DNA of 64,000 nt, from NCBI GenBank assembly GCA_047967505.1, contig CM106538.1. One strand, given 5' to 3'. The notes under the pieces are model-generated. The model was given only the letters and a program-made list of their open reading frames with translations, did not search any database and was not told the DNA's origin. A program made the translations under genes and the position numbers. This stretch comes from Dipteris shenzhenensis (taxonomy: Eukaryota). Numbering within the stretch: position 1 is the first letter of the stretch; each line of letters opens with the position of its first letter. This document shows, piece by piece, positions 25,440 to 38,905 of this stretch.

Positions 25440-25865
25440 CAATGATTTTGATTAGTAAATGTGTCTCACACACACAAACACTTATTTCTTCACACACACA
25501 CACACACACACATGTATAGTTCCCCAAGTATGAATTATTCTCTTATGTACCCCCCGTGAAATCTCCCCTTTACACTCTCTTTTTAACAAGCCCACACACC
25601 AAGCACATCTTACTCCCCCCATACCTCCACTTTTAAAAAGAGAGTGGAAAGGGGTTGTTTCACAGGGTTGTTAAAAATAGAGTGTAAAGGGGTTGTTTCA
25701 TGCGATCCGCTTTTATTCACTTATTATGAGTAGCTAGGGAGTAAGTTCCACATAATGGGATTACTCCCCACCATGTGGTCTTACCCTTTGGGTTGTGTGT
25801 GGGCAACACACATACAAAATAAATTTGATTAGTAAATGTATCTCACACACAAAGACACTGGTTTC

Positions 25866-25906
<41 letters not shown>

Positions 25907-28025
25907 CAATACTTTCCTAGCTATGAATTATTCTTTTATGTACCTCTGTGAAATCTTCCCTTTACACTTTCTTTTTAACCACCCCACATACCAAGCCCAC
26001 TAATCGTCCCATACCTCCTCTAATCCCTTCTTAACCCATGTACTCATTCGCTCCTTACTCTAATTGTGACTTAAACTTCACTTGTGGCTAAATTGTCTTT
26101 TTAATTATCTAAGAATCAATATGGTTATCTACATTCCTAGGTAAAGGGATAACAAACTGGGGAAAATAGGCATTACCTATGGACCCAAATGTAAATATGA
26201 TGTTCTAACACCTAGTTTATTTGGATGGTGGCAGGTAAGTGGACCTCGACCTCGGAACCTGGACTACCTGAGGATTCAACATCTTTTTCAATAATATGTT
26301 TGTCAAACTCAATATTATTAAAACTTCTAAATTTTGATTGAAATTTTTACAAACTCTAGTTGCATTTTTCAACTTAGAGGTCTCAAGCATTTTTTCCTTA
26401 TATGTTCCTCTTTTTGAACTTTTTATTCAATTGATGGAATTAATTGTATGGCTCAATTATTGATGGCACTTTTTAATCTAAACACACACTTTGATTTCCC
26501 AACTAGACTTTGGTTGGGCTAGTGCCATACAATTAATTCACATCCATTGGATAATTCCTAGTCATGTTGTGACCCATCTTATTTTTACTAACTTTTATAT
26601 CTATTTTGAAGAAGTGGTTTAAGCATGTACTATTGGCATTTCATTTTGACACTTACCATATATATCCACTTTTATTCACTTATTATGAGTAGGTGGGGAG
26701 TCAATTCCACATGGTCGGCTTACTCCCTCAGAGTCCCGCATGTGGTCTTACCCTCTGGGTTGGGGGTGGGCCACCCAAAAAAAAAAAAAAAAGTAATAAT
26801 AAATTTGATTAGTAAATGTATCTCACACACTCAGACACTTGTTTCTTTACACACACACACACACACACACATGAATACTTTCCTAACTATCAATTATTAT
26901 TTTATGTACCTCCGTGATTTACACTTTTGTTTTGACCACCCCACATACCAAGCCCACTAATCGTCCCATAACTCTTCTAATCCCTTCTTAACCCATGCAC
27001 TCATTCGCTCCTTTCTCCACTTGTAACTTAAACTTCACTTGTGGCTAAATTGTTTTTTAATTATCTAAGAATCCATATGGTTGTCTATATTCCTAGGTAA
27101 AGCAATAACAAGACGGGGAAAACATGCATTACCTATCTACCCAAACATAAGTATGATGTATTAACACCTAGTTTGTTTGGATGGTGGCAGGTAAGTGGAT
27201 CTCGACCTCGGAACCTAGACTGCCTAAGGACTCGACATCTTTTTTCAACACAGACACACACACACACTTTTTTTTTGTGAAACTATGAACATTATATTAC
27301 GAAATAACCATTTTACAATAGGGCAAGGCTCTAGAAAAGAGCCAAACTCTATCTATTAGAAACAGTAAAAGAAAAGCTCAATGCAAGAAACATCCAAATC
27401 CTCCTCAAGCAAGGCATCATATAAGGACTGTCGGCAATGAGGATCACACACACACACACATGTATACTTCCCCAACTATGAATTATTATTTTATGGACGC
27501 CCATAAAATCTCCCATTTATACTCTCTTTTTAACCACCCCACACACCAAGAACACTAATCCTCCCATACCTCCACTAATCCCTTCCCAACCCATGCACTC
27601 ATTCAGTCCTTACTCCACTTGTGACTTAAAATTGTTTTTCATTATCTAAGAATCTATGCGGTTGTCTACATTCTTAGGTAAAGTGATAATACTTTGATTC
27701 TAAACGTACACTTTGATTCCCCACCGGGTTGGGCTAGTGCGATATAGTTTAATTCACATCCATTGGATATTTTTTTAGCATGGATAATCCCTAGTCATTT
27801 TGTGATAGGCCTTATTTTTTTTACTAACCTTTATATCTATTTTGCAAAAGTGGTTTACACATTTACTATTGGCATCATTTTTTCATTTTGACATGTATCA
27901 TACAAATCCACTTTTATTCTCTAGGTGGTGGTGGGCCATAAGTTCCACATGGTAGGTTTACTCTACACCCTGTGATCTTACCCTCTGGGTAGGGGGTGGG
28001 CCACACACATACACACACACACATT
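25440..28025 (+). repeat. Diverged tandem array of a ~0.96-kb unit (3-4 partial copies) with embedded (CA)n
   Basis: CTTTTATTCACTTATTATGAGTAG recurs at ~25710 and ~26670. TTTGATTAGTAAATGT recurs at ~25447, 25823 and 26804. GGATGGTGGCAGGTAAGTGGA recurs at ~26223 and 27179. A further copy spans ~27450-28025. Confidence 0.85.
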
Positions 28026-28807
28026 TTCTATACTCTTACACACTCTACACTATTAACCCCCCCTATAATTAACAACACACCTAACATTCCCCCCCTTTTT
28101 TTTGTAAAAAATGTTTCTTTTTTCCTTTCTAGGTATTGTGTAAATTTATTTATTAATTAGGTACTTTTATTCCCTCTCTGCTCTTATCCTCTTTTAGCCA
28201 ACCCCTAACTGATTCTAACTAATTTTCTTACAATTCTTTCCCTTTTTCTAACTAATTCTCCTACCTAATGGACCCCCTTGTCTTACTTCCAATTATGTTC
28301 CTAATGTACCCCCTTTCTAACTAATTATCCTACCTATTGTACCCCTTTTTGTCACACAAACACACACACACACACACACATCTTTTATCCCTCTCTCTTT
28401 ATCTCTCTCTCTCTCTCTTTCTCTATTTCTCAGTATCTTTCTCCCCCTCACACACACACATACACATCAGGGATGTTTTTATCGAAGCTATACTTATATA
28501 TTAATATAAAATCTTGGCAAAAGTTTATCGAGCTAGTTTTTTTAGTTTGACAACATCTATAGAACATATTACAATTTTATCTATTTTCTTTTGAAAGTTT
28601 AAAGAAAAAGTTGTAAATTTTGGCGAAACTTACATTTTTTTCTCATAAGAGTTTCAAATCTTGGCGAATTTTTCAAACCTTTACATACACATACTCACAC
28701 AACCGTCTCTCTCTCTCTCTCTCTAGAAAGTGTCTTTTTTTCCCCTCACACACACACACACACACACTTCTTTTTTTGGTTAAAATCACACACACACACC
28801 CCTTTGC

Positions 28808-31800
28808 GTGTGGCTAAAGATTGCTACAAAAAGCAGAATGACATTATGAATGGAAAATTGCAGCAAGGCAATTATGCATCCTCTAATAGACAGGGTGACG
28901 ACAGAAATGAGCATTTGTTTATGATGCAGCACATGACCAATTCTGTGACAAGTGCAGAAGAAAGTAATGATGTGTGGTATGTTGACTTAGGTGTGTCAAA
29001 CCACATGACAGTTCATGCAGAATGGATACAGGATGCAAGGAAAATGGAAAGACCAAGATTTGTGGAGACTGGTGATGATACTACACATCCTATTGTGCTG
29101 ATTGTAAAATTCATTTGTCTATGCAGGATGGGAAAAAGAAATATCTATCTGATGTATTTCATTCCCGAATATCACCAAGAACCTAGTTTCTGTTGGTCAA
29201 ATGGTTGAGCAAGGCTTGCAGGTCAGATTTAATCCTCATGGATGCTTTGTTGAGGATATGAAAAATAACGGTCGCTTCACAGCAAAAGGAAAGAAGAAGG
29301 GCAAGATGTTTACGTTGGATGCAGACATGCCTAAATTGAGTGTAGCAATGTTTGCACATGGGACCAGTGTAGTTGCAGATATTGATATCTGGCATAAACG
29401 CATTGGTCATGTTAATGTACAGCGACTTAAATCAATGCAGGCCCAAAATATTATTGCAGGATTGCCTAAATTCAAGGTTGCAAAAATGCATAAGGTATGT
29501 GAAGCCTGTTAATTTGGAAAACAGGCAAGGAAACCATTTCCTAGACATGTTCAAGAGAGTAAGAAGCCATTGGAATTAATCCACTCTGATGTGTGGACTA
29601 CTAAAGCTGCATCTATTGGAGGCTGTCATTATTTTATCTCTTTTATTGATGACTATAGCAGAAAAGTTTGGGTGCATTTTATGAAAAAGAAAAGTGAAGT
29701 GTTTGGGCATTTCAAAGCTTTTAAAGCTATGGTTGAAAAAGAAATAGGCCTGCAAATAAAATGCCTAAGGTCAGATGGAGGGGAAGAGTACCTCTCAAAT
29801 GAGTTTGCAAGGTTCCTATAGGAGCATGGCATAAAGCAGCAATATTCATGCAGTCATACCCCATAGCAAAATGGACTTGCAGAAAGGAAAAACAGGCATA
29901 TTGGAGAGGTATCTTGGGCCATGCTAAATGAAAAAGACCTACCAGATTATTATTGGGCTAAAGCAGTTGCTACAGCAGTCTACATAATGAACATGACTCC
30001 CACTGCAGCAATACATGGCATGACGCCAGAGGAGATGTATACAGGTAGGAAACCAGATATTTCTCATTTGAAAATTTTTGGTTGCATTGCCTATGTTCAT
30101 GTGCCAGATGAGTTGAGGTCCAAGTTGGATCCAAAAGCTGAGAAGTGCATCTTTATTGGTTATTCTCTGCAGCAAAAAGGATATAGATGCTATAACCCTT
30201 CTACTCGTAAGTTTACAGTGAGGAGACAGTGAGCAAAGATGTTTTTTATGAGATGAGCAGCTGGTATAAACCAGTAAATGTGATTGATGATGTAGATGCA
30301 CAAAATGGTAATGCTGCACAGAATTCACAGCAGCAATCACAAAATATTAGTGGGCCTGCAGTGTCCTCTAGCAATGGTTCACATACTTTGCCATGGACAG
30401 GTAGATTGAGATCACGAGAATCTCCTCAAAGCAATGCAGATAGTGGTATGCAGGTATCACGAAAAGGAAAAGAGAAGGTAGATCAGCCCATGTTTGATAT
30501 GAATGCAGGTCACTCTTATGTGGATGGTGAATCCACTGGCTCAGAACAAAGCATTGATGATGAGTTGGGTATTCCCTCTGTTGTTACACCTAGAGTAAGG
30601 AAGACCAGGGATGTTTTGAGAGCACCTGGAAGTGAGCCTATTTTGCGCAGGTCTACCAGGTCTAGGTATCCTGTGGATACGCTGAAATATGATGGATTTA
30701 CAGCCATTCACTAATATGCCTATATGGTCAAAGTGCTACAGGAACTAGAATCCACTTCTTTTGAGCAAGCCATGGGAAAAGAAAAATGGGAGAAAGCCAT
30801 GGATGAAGAAATGGATGCCTTGGAAGCAAATGCTACATGGGAATTGGTGCCTTTGCCTAAAGACAAGAATGGAATTAGCTGTAAGTGGGTTTATAAGATG
30901 AAGCACAATGCAAATGGTTTTGTGAACAGATACAAGGCAAGATTACTTGTCAAGGGGTATGCACAGACATATGGCATTGATTATAAAGAAACATTCAGTT
31001 CGGTTACAAGGATGGCAACCGTAAGAGTAGTCATTGCTATGGCTGCATCAAAGGGATGGTCTTTACATCATATGGATGTAAAGAATGCCTTCTTGCATGG
31101 TGATTTGCAAGAAGAGGTCTTTATGGAGCAGCCACCAGGTTATGTTCATGCTGTTCATCCTGAGTTTGTTTGCAGGTTGAAGAAAGCCTTGTATGGCTTG
31201 AAGCAAGCACCTAGAGCATGGTCTGACAAGATAGGACAGTATCTTGTCACTATTGGCTTTCAAATTTCCAAGGTAGATTTCTCACTTTATGTGAGAAAAA
31301 CAGAGAAAGGTATTATGCTGCTTGTCATTTATGTTGATGATTTGATCATCACGGGTGATAGTGATGAAGATATCCTTCATGTGAAAATGCTATTGAAGCA
31401 GAAGTTTGAGAAGGATTTGGGAGAGCTGTGTTATTTCTTGGGCATTGAGGTGATTAGATCACCAAGTGGGATACAGCTCTTGCAGAGGCAGTATGGATTG
31501 GACATGCTGGCTGTAAGAGCAGAATGTGAAGCTGAGCGCAGATGCAGGTGAGCTTCTGGAAGACCCTACTATGTACAGACGCATAGTAGGAAGTTTGATT
31601 TATATGACTATTACTTGGCCAGATTTGAGCTATGCTGTTGGATTGGTAAGCCAGTTTATGCAGGCTCCAAGGAAACCGCATTTGGATGCGGCTAGACGTA
31701 TACTCAGGTATGTGAAGTCCACATTGCAGTATGGACTATTTTATGAGGTTAGGGTTCAGATACAGTTGCATGGATACACTGATGCTGATTGGGCTGGTAG

Positions 31801-32551
31801 TATTTCAGATAGACGATCTACCAGTGGATATGTGTTCTTCTTTGGGAGTGCTGCAGTCACTTGGAGTAGCAAGAAATAGCCTACAGTTGCCTTGTCGAGC
31901 ATAGAGGCTGAGTACAGGGGTGCAGCAATGGCTGCATGTGAGGTAGCTTGGTTGCATAAGCTACTCTATGATATGCATCAGTCTACATATGGGCCAGTTG
32001 TCATTTATTGTGACAACATGAGCAGTATACACTTGGCAAATAACCCAGTCTATCATGCTAGAACAAAGCACATTGAGGTACATTATCACTATGTGCGGGA
32101 GAAGGTTTTACTAGGTCTTATTGATCTAGTTTATGTCAGCACAAAGGATCAGGTAGCTGACATATTCACGAAGCCATTGGGCACAGAGAAGCTGCGCAAG
32201 TTCAGAGATCTGCTTGGTGTGCAAGAATTGGGATTGAGCTCAAGGGGGAGTGTTGAGATATCGAGCTCCACTGGTGATATGCTAAGGTGACCATTGTGCA
32301 TTTATGTCACCGACTTGTGAGTTGCAGATGCAGTTGGTACACCGCCCATGAATAATAGCTGGATGACAGCTATCCTTATGTACTCTAGTTTGTGGCTCAG
32401 TTAGTATGCCACCTTAGTTAGCTAAGTTTGGTTTGAGACCCACATATAGGGTTCTTCTATTTCTTTGTACAAGAGTTCTTTTGGCTTACACAACTAAGAA
32501 GAGGAAAATTGTTTTTAGCGTCCACCTTTGTGTGTATTCCCCCATTGTGTA
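28808..32551 (+). mobile_element. Ty1/Copia retrotransposon, 5'-truncated and decayed (end of gag, PR, IN, RT, RNaseH, PPT, start of 3' LTR)
   Basis: WYVDLGVSNHM; WHKRIGH..CEAC; LIHSDVW, RSDGGEEY; RT YVDDLII; RNaseH YTDADWAG..TSGY, RTKHIEVHYH, ADIFTKPL; PPT AAGGGGGAG followed by TGTTGAGA at 32251. Confidence 0.93.
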
Positions 32552-33844
32552 TGTAAGAAAGCCGCAAGTGAGACTCCTTCCTTCTCTCCCACTATCTTCA
32601 CATTCCTAATATCCCCATGGGTGGGGTCTTGCCTTCCGAATTCCTCATCCATGGATCTTCATCATCCATGTGTTCCCACTGGAAAGGTCTGGCATAGGCG
32701 GAGGGTCTTGGATTGGCAAAGGTGGTTTCTATCCCGGTCTGTGGTTCGAGAGCTGGATGTTGCTGACCTTCCCTCCCTGTAGAGAATGGAGCTTCCAATG
32801 CCCTTGGATGCGAGGGGTCTTGCATCACTTCATCCAAACTCTTTGTTTCGTTGGAACTAGATAGAGTCTCTGGTCGGGAGCCTACTAATGAGTGGAGGCT
32901 AGGAATCGAGCTTCCAGATTCCCTGCTAGGGCAGAGGGTGGGCTAAGCATAGCTCGAAGCACTCTCTTCCGGCACGGGATCTTGTGGCAAAATTCTTCTG
33001 GACCTCAAGTGCATGTGGGAAGCCTCTAGCTGAGCACCCTCAGGCTGAACTGAGGTTCTAGAAAAATTTTTAATTCTTTGGCTACCCCAGAGGTATCACG
33101 ACGGTTGGCAGGATAGCTCTATTGTGACGATCGGAGGGATAGGGTATCGGACTAGGTGACGAGTGGTGGCATAAGCGTATTGCGATGGCAATGGAGTAAG
33201 AATGACAATAGGCGACAGGATCGATGTAACGCGACGATCAACGAGATAGATCTTGCCACATGCACGGTGGAATCACAAGCCGGTGGAATAAGGATGGAGC
33301 ACTAGGGGGCAGTATAGTTATCGCGACGGGCGTGGGATCAACAATCGCAATGGGCGGTGCGATAGGAGTAAAGCAACGATTAGAGAAGTAAGCGTATAAC
33401 GATGGGCGATGGGATAAAAATAGCAACAATTAATGGAACATGATGGGCGGAGGGATACGAATATGACCACAGGCGTGGCATGGGTTCACGGCGTCGATGG
33501 TGGAGTAGAAGAATAGAAACGGTCGACGAGATAGCTCTATAGCGCCGGGTCAATAGTTGTCAGGTCAACAGGATAGCAATTCTGACATGCATTTAATCAG
33601 GGCGGCGGGTTAGGCTGTTGGTCAAAAGTTAGGTCAGCGGGGTAGTTCTATGGTGTTAGGTCAACAGGGTTTGACTAGTGGGATACGGCTAATGCATCAG
33701 TCGACGGTATATTTGGTTGGCAGGATAGCTCTATGGCGCCAACTCGGCGAGATAGGAAAACACAGTGTCGCTGACTGATTTTTGTCAATTTTTCGCAGGA
33801 TTTGAGTTTCTGTCTTGGATTTGTTATGCTAGGGGGGTGCTACA
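32552..33844. mobile_element. Probable LTR-like segment of another retroelement
   Basis: Begins TGTAAG and ends GGGGGGTGCTACA, a typical Gypsy LTR terminus. GC-richer than the flanks, with repeated CAGGATAGCTCTAT. No matching TSD found. Confidence 0.35.
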
Positions 33845-35382
33845 CTACCTAGTTCACCTACACAATGAAAAAAACTTGAAGAAAAAACACTTTTTGCAAG
33901 CAGAAATGTAAATTTTCATGAGAGGTGAGTTCTAGAACACAAAACAACTTCAAGATTTTGCAAAAATTAACATTTTGGTTGTTTTATTATGGGATTGGAC
34001 CTCACATACTCCTTAACAATCACAAACACTACGTTCCTATCAACTTAAAACACTAAAAAGCATCAAAAGCAAGCTTCAAACGCTCCCAAATGACTTTCCA
34101 ACAGTTTTTCTACTTTTCCATCCTCCCTCTCACTTCCTCCCTCTCTTTTCTCCTACAACTCCACTAACAAGCTCCAAGTTAGTCTTGAAGCTTGTGCAAT
34201 GGGTAGATATTAAAGTGAAACACGTGCAAATGCAAAAGCATACCTTTTCTCCCCGGCAGCGGCGCCAAAAATGTTGTGGGTCTCAGTGGTGACTCACGTG
34301 TTGTGGGGATGTTGAAGAGATGCCGATGGAGCCTCCACTCCAAGCTACTCCTTGTGAGAGCAATGCAAGGCACAAGTCATTCGCAAGTGTCACTCAAGCG
34401 GCCTACGGATTGTTGCAATGTGTTTCCATGCGAGAAAGAGGGAAGGGGGAGAGGGGAGAGGAGAGGGGAGAAGGGAGGGAGAAGGAGAAGGGAAGAGAAG
34501 AGTGAAGGGGGATGGAGTGGCAAACACAAGGGCACTAAAATGGAAACAAGAGAACAACCAAAACACTCTCTTGGAAGAGAAGAGGGAGCTTGTATTCAAA
34601 CTTGTGCAAACAACAATCAAGACCAAAGTCAACACTTTGGCCTTTTATACAAGTCGCCTTTTGAAGGGAGGGCCAACCCTTTTCCTTTTTAGCACTCTCC
34701 TTCTCTTTTAAAACCAAAGGCTCTTGGGCCCATAGGGCGCCAAGGCATTATTATTTCTATTCTTTCCATCTCTCCCTACTAGCGAAAATAGTGCTTGTGT
34801 AAACCATATGAAAGTGCTCAGGACAAACCTGTTATTAGGAGGTGGTCCTAACCGGTTCCCAAATAGCGCTTGTGTTAGCCTCCCGCCTCCTAGGCTTAGG
34901 TGATTTGGGGCTCAAACTCACTGAGCGCCCTCATGCCTTAAACCATTTGTGGTTCAAATCCCTTGCATGAGGCTCAAAACCTGGAGTGGCGAGGCTCTGC
35001 GAGACACTCCACAGGAACCCTACACATTGCCTAGAATCTTTTGTTTCAAGATATTTGGGAATCAATCTCCCTGAGTTTGAGTTGTACTCCTGTCATGGCT
35101 ATTTTCATGGGCGTGGCTATTTCCGTGGACGTAGACAAGAAATGTGTACGTTGCCTGCAATCTTTGGTCTTGGTGTTAGCTGGAACATACAACCTGGAAT
35201 CCTTGGACTTTGGGTGGACTTTGGGTATTTGGGGATCAAACTCCCTGAGTTTGAGCTATACTCCTTCCATGTGTACATGTAATCACTAGCCTTGGGGTAT
35301 TTAGGGATCAAACTCCCTGTGCTTGTCCGTTGAAGTAGATCATGCAGCTTGATTACCTCTAATCATCAATGATTACCCTACA
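33845..35382 (-). mobile_element. Athila/Tat-type Gypsy 5' LTR (35382-34272) with PBS and truncated leader
   Basis: On the minus strand, TGTAGGGTAATC...CCACAACA is followed by TTTT and TGGCGCCGCTGCCGGGGA (34267-34250), one mismatch from the tRNA-Asp PBS of Athila elements. Confidence 0.75.
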
Positions 35383-37760
35383 TTCGGTGACTATACTGTG
35401 TGGATTTTCATAAGCACGCATTTGGTGTAGATGATCTTGGATTTTTGTAATAAGTAGATCATGTTTTAAAACTGTTCTAGAATGTTTGATTGGATATATG
35501 CTTTCTGTTGAGCTCTTGGCAATTCTTTGTCTCCTCCCAGTTCAATTTGAGGGGGGATTGTTGGACGAAGCCTTGTGGAGAAGCATATTTCTCTAAGGTT
35601 TCATGAAGCGCTTTGATTGGTCCATGCACAACCCAAGTGAGTGATAGGTTGATGGATAACTAAAGGTCGTGACTACGAGCTGGTTCTTGCACATGCAATC
35701 CATGTGGAAGTTGTCTGGAGAGATGACTCTACATGCATACGATGAGTTACTTCTACGCGCATTCTGAAGAGCCAAGGTGGCACAGAGTTCGGAGAGATGG
35801 TGGTCTTCTTAAACCATCTCAATGAACGTTATAAGCTCTCTTTGTTTAAGCCTTCGAGGCTCTGTGTCTTTATCTAGTGTGTGTCTGAGCAGCTGCTCAA
35901 TAGGGTCCTTATAGTAGAGTCGTTTTTGGTTCTTGTATGAGCAACAAACTCCATAGAGGTGAGCTCGGTCCATCGTCTTGCTAGTCTATTGAATAAAGAT
36001 ACATTTTCAAGAGTGTCATCTCTTTCCGAATTCATTCAAGTGATTAGCTTCCATCCCAGCTAGATATACAAATTACATACAATTACCTACAGTGGTATTA
36101 GAGCAGAGTTTTAATAGATCGTGTGGGAAGAACGTACAGATCATCAAATATCTGCATGTCTAAATGACCTCGTAGGGTAGTATTCTTCAAGTACACAATC
36201 CCATCGTTTCCATCTTTCTGTAGATGTACACAGTCGAATTCGAAGGAGAAGCTGTTACCAGTAGACTTACTGACCGAGGAGGCTTGGTTCAGAGCAATTT
36301 TAGAAGATGGAGGTTCACAAGACAGAGAAATCAAACGGTGTTCTCATCAAGTTCACTAGACGAAATAATCCATCATGGTGCAGTTATCGACTCAATTATA
36401 TCTCATGCAGAAAGGCCTCTGGGGACTAACCGACGGGACAGAAAAAAAGCCTGATAGTGAACAGGATTTGGTGATATGGTCACAGAAGAATGACAAGGCA
36501 ATTGGCTTCATCGGAAGAGTATTGGGATCAGACTACTTTCATCACATTGACGTGAAAAAGTCATCCGTAGAGAATCGGCGAGTCTTGGAAACTCTGTTCG
36601 GACTCCGCATGAAGCACTCGAGAGCTATGTTGAAACAAGAATTATTTGACCCAAAGATGAACGACAGTGAAAATCTTGGTACTTTCCTCAATCAGATGCA
36701 ATTAATCGTCACGCAGTTGCATGATCTTGGTTCGGGTGTAGAGGCAGATGACAAAAAGGCTATTCGTTTAAAGGCCCTACCATCCAAGTACTCTGAGACA
36801 AAGAGGATATTAAGGCTTGATGATAGCGCTGATTATCTCGACTATGTGAGCCTTCTTTCGAGCGAGGAGAAACGAACTGCAACCATTCGGTGATTCTGTC
36901 TATTTAGTAAAAGACAAAGGACCAATAGCAATAGGGAGAGGAAGATCAAATACTCGCGTGTGCCATTATTGTGGACGTGAAGGTTACATAGAGAGGCATT
37001 GCTACAAGAAGCAGAAAGATGAACTTCTGAAGGACAATTCAAAGGAAAAAGCTTGTGTAGTCGAGGTATCTACATCCAACAAAGAGGTGGCGGGCCTAGT
37101 TTAGACTCGCAGATCAAGATTCGGCTTTCTAGTCGAGAACAATGTTTAGTATTGCGTAGGCTTTTCATAACCACGAATTTGGTGTAGATGATCTTGGCTT
37201 TTCGTAAGTAGATCATATTTTAAAACTGTTCTAGAAACTTTGATTGGATAGATGCTTAAGGTTTCATGGAAGTGCTTTGATTGATCCATGCACAACCCAA
37301 GTGAATGATAGGTTGATGGATAACTAAAGGTCATGACTACGAGTTGGTTCTTGCACATGTAGTCCACATGGAAGTTCTCTGGAGAGATGACTCTACATGC
37401 ATACGATGAGTTACTTCTACAAGCATTCTGAAGAGCGAAGGTGGCACAAAGTTTGGAGGGATGGCAGTCTTCTTAAACCATCTCAATGAACGTTATGAGA
37501 TCTCTTTGTCCGAGCCTTCGAGGCTCTGTGTCTTTATCTAGTGTGTGTCTGAGTAGCTGCTCAATAGGGTCCTTATAGTAGAGTCGTTTTTTGTTCTTGT
37601 ATGAGCAACAAACTCCATAGAGGTGAGCTCGGTCTGTCATCTTGCTAGTCTATTGAATAAAGATACATTTTCAAGAACTGTGTCATCTCTTTCCAAATTC
37701 ATTCAAGTGATTAACTTGCGTCCTAGCTGCATATACAAATTACATACAATTGCCTACTAC
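35383..37760 (+). mobile_element. Small gag-only Copia-type LTR element in tandem arrangement (3'UTR-PPT-LTR-PBS-gag-3'UTR-LTR)
   Basis: PPT GAGGGGGGA at 35549-35557; LTR 35559-36091; PBS TGGTATTAGAGC at 36093; Copia gag ORF 36375-36893 plus CHYCGREGY..HC knuckle; no pol; second 3'UTR/LTR copy at ~37145-37760. Confidence 0.85.
36375..36893 (+). pseudogene. Copia-type Gag (UBN2-like) fragment
   Basis: LMQKGLWGLTDG..W..KNDKAIGFI..LKQELF..KM..FLNQM..LHDLG..LP.KY pattern. The zinc knuckle follows after a stop. Confidence 0.85.
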
Positions 37761-38400
37761 AAGGATCACTTGAAATGTCTTGAAGATGTACTAAATAAAT
37801 GTAGAGATTGTGGCATATCCTTGAACAATCCAAAGTGGCAATTCTTGGTCACACACAGAGTACTCATGGGGCATATACTCTCTAAACATGGGATTGGTAC
37901 AAACAAACAAAATTTAAATAATTATGGGATTGCCACCCCACAAAATTCTAAGGATTTAAACGTACTTATGGGAATGCTATATAGGACTCATCTTTAGGTA
38001 CACCATGATTGTAAGACCTCTATACAAGCTCTTGGTGAAATTTCCATGGATAGAAGAAGGTGAGCAAGCATTTAAAACCCTCAAGTGGATAATTATCACA
38101 TCTCCATTCTAATGGCTACAAACTAGGACATTGAATTCTACATACATACTAATGGTTCCAACTATGCGGTAGGTCATGTATTATGTCAACCCAACATATA
38201 CAAGAAAGACTACCCATTGTATTTTGCAAATAGGCAACTAAATGATGTAAAGTTGAATTACACCACCTGCAAAAGAGAGGGAATTCAGCATGATCTATTA
38301 GCTACTGACTTTGTATTTTATAATGGTCTTCAAGCCTTGTTTGTATCTAGTTAATTGACCATGTGCCATAGGTCAACAAACTTACTTTGTGCCTTTATGC
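37761..38400 (+). pseudogene. Ty3/Gypsy RT-RNaseH fragment
   Basis: DHLKCLEDVLNKCRDCGISLN..KWQF...LMGHILSKHGI, then TNGSNYAVGHVLCQ..YPLYFANRQLN..LNYTT. Frameshifted. Confidence 0.8.
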
Positions 38401-38439
38401 CAGGTGGGAACAAATTTTGAATTTCAAAGAATGTTACAT

Positions 38440-38654
38440 CTAGACACTCAAAGTATAATTTTCCTATTGAGTAGGAAATGCAAAGGACTTTTGCATTGTT
38501 GAATTGCTAAGGTAGATATGAATTGGCTTCTGATGTGAGTCATTGTGAGTCTAGAGACTCAAAATATAATTTTAATTTTGAGTTGGAAATGCAAAGGCTT
38601 TTTGCATTGTTGAATTGCATAGGTAGATATGGATAGGATTTTTTATGTGAGTCA
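38440..38654. repeat. Two-copy ~110-bp tandem duplication
   Basis: TCTAGA.ACTCAAA.TATAATTTT..GGAAATGCAAAGG..TTGCATTGTTGAATTGC..GGTAGATATG..ATGTGAGTCA occurs twice. Confidence 0.85.
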
Positions 38655-38820
38655 CTATGCCATATTTACCTTCTTGCAATTATGTTTTGATATGATGTTA
38701 TGAATCAAGTGATATATTATGTTGTCTCTTTTTCTCTCATTTCCAAGTTCCAAGGGCATTGTTAGGTCGTTGCTCATTGTAGCATAGATGTTACATATGT
38801 AGCATAGGTCTTTGAGGAGG

Positions 38821-38905
38821 AAGAGGGAGGAGGAGGAGAAGAAGGAGAAGGGGAAGGAGAAGGAGAAGGAGAAGGAGAAGGAGGAGGAGGAGGAAAGAGG
38901 AGGAT
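38821..38905. repeat. (GAAGGA)n/(GAG)n purine tract
   Basis: Directly visible. Confidence 0.95.
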
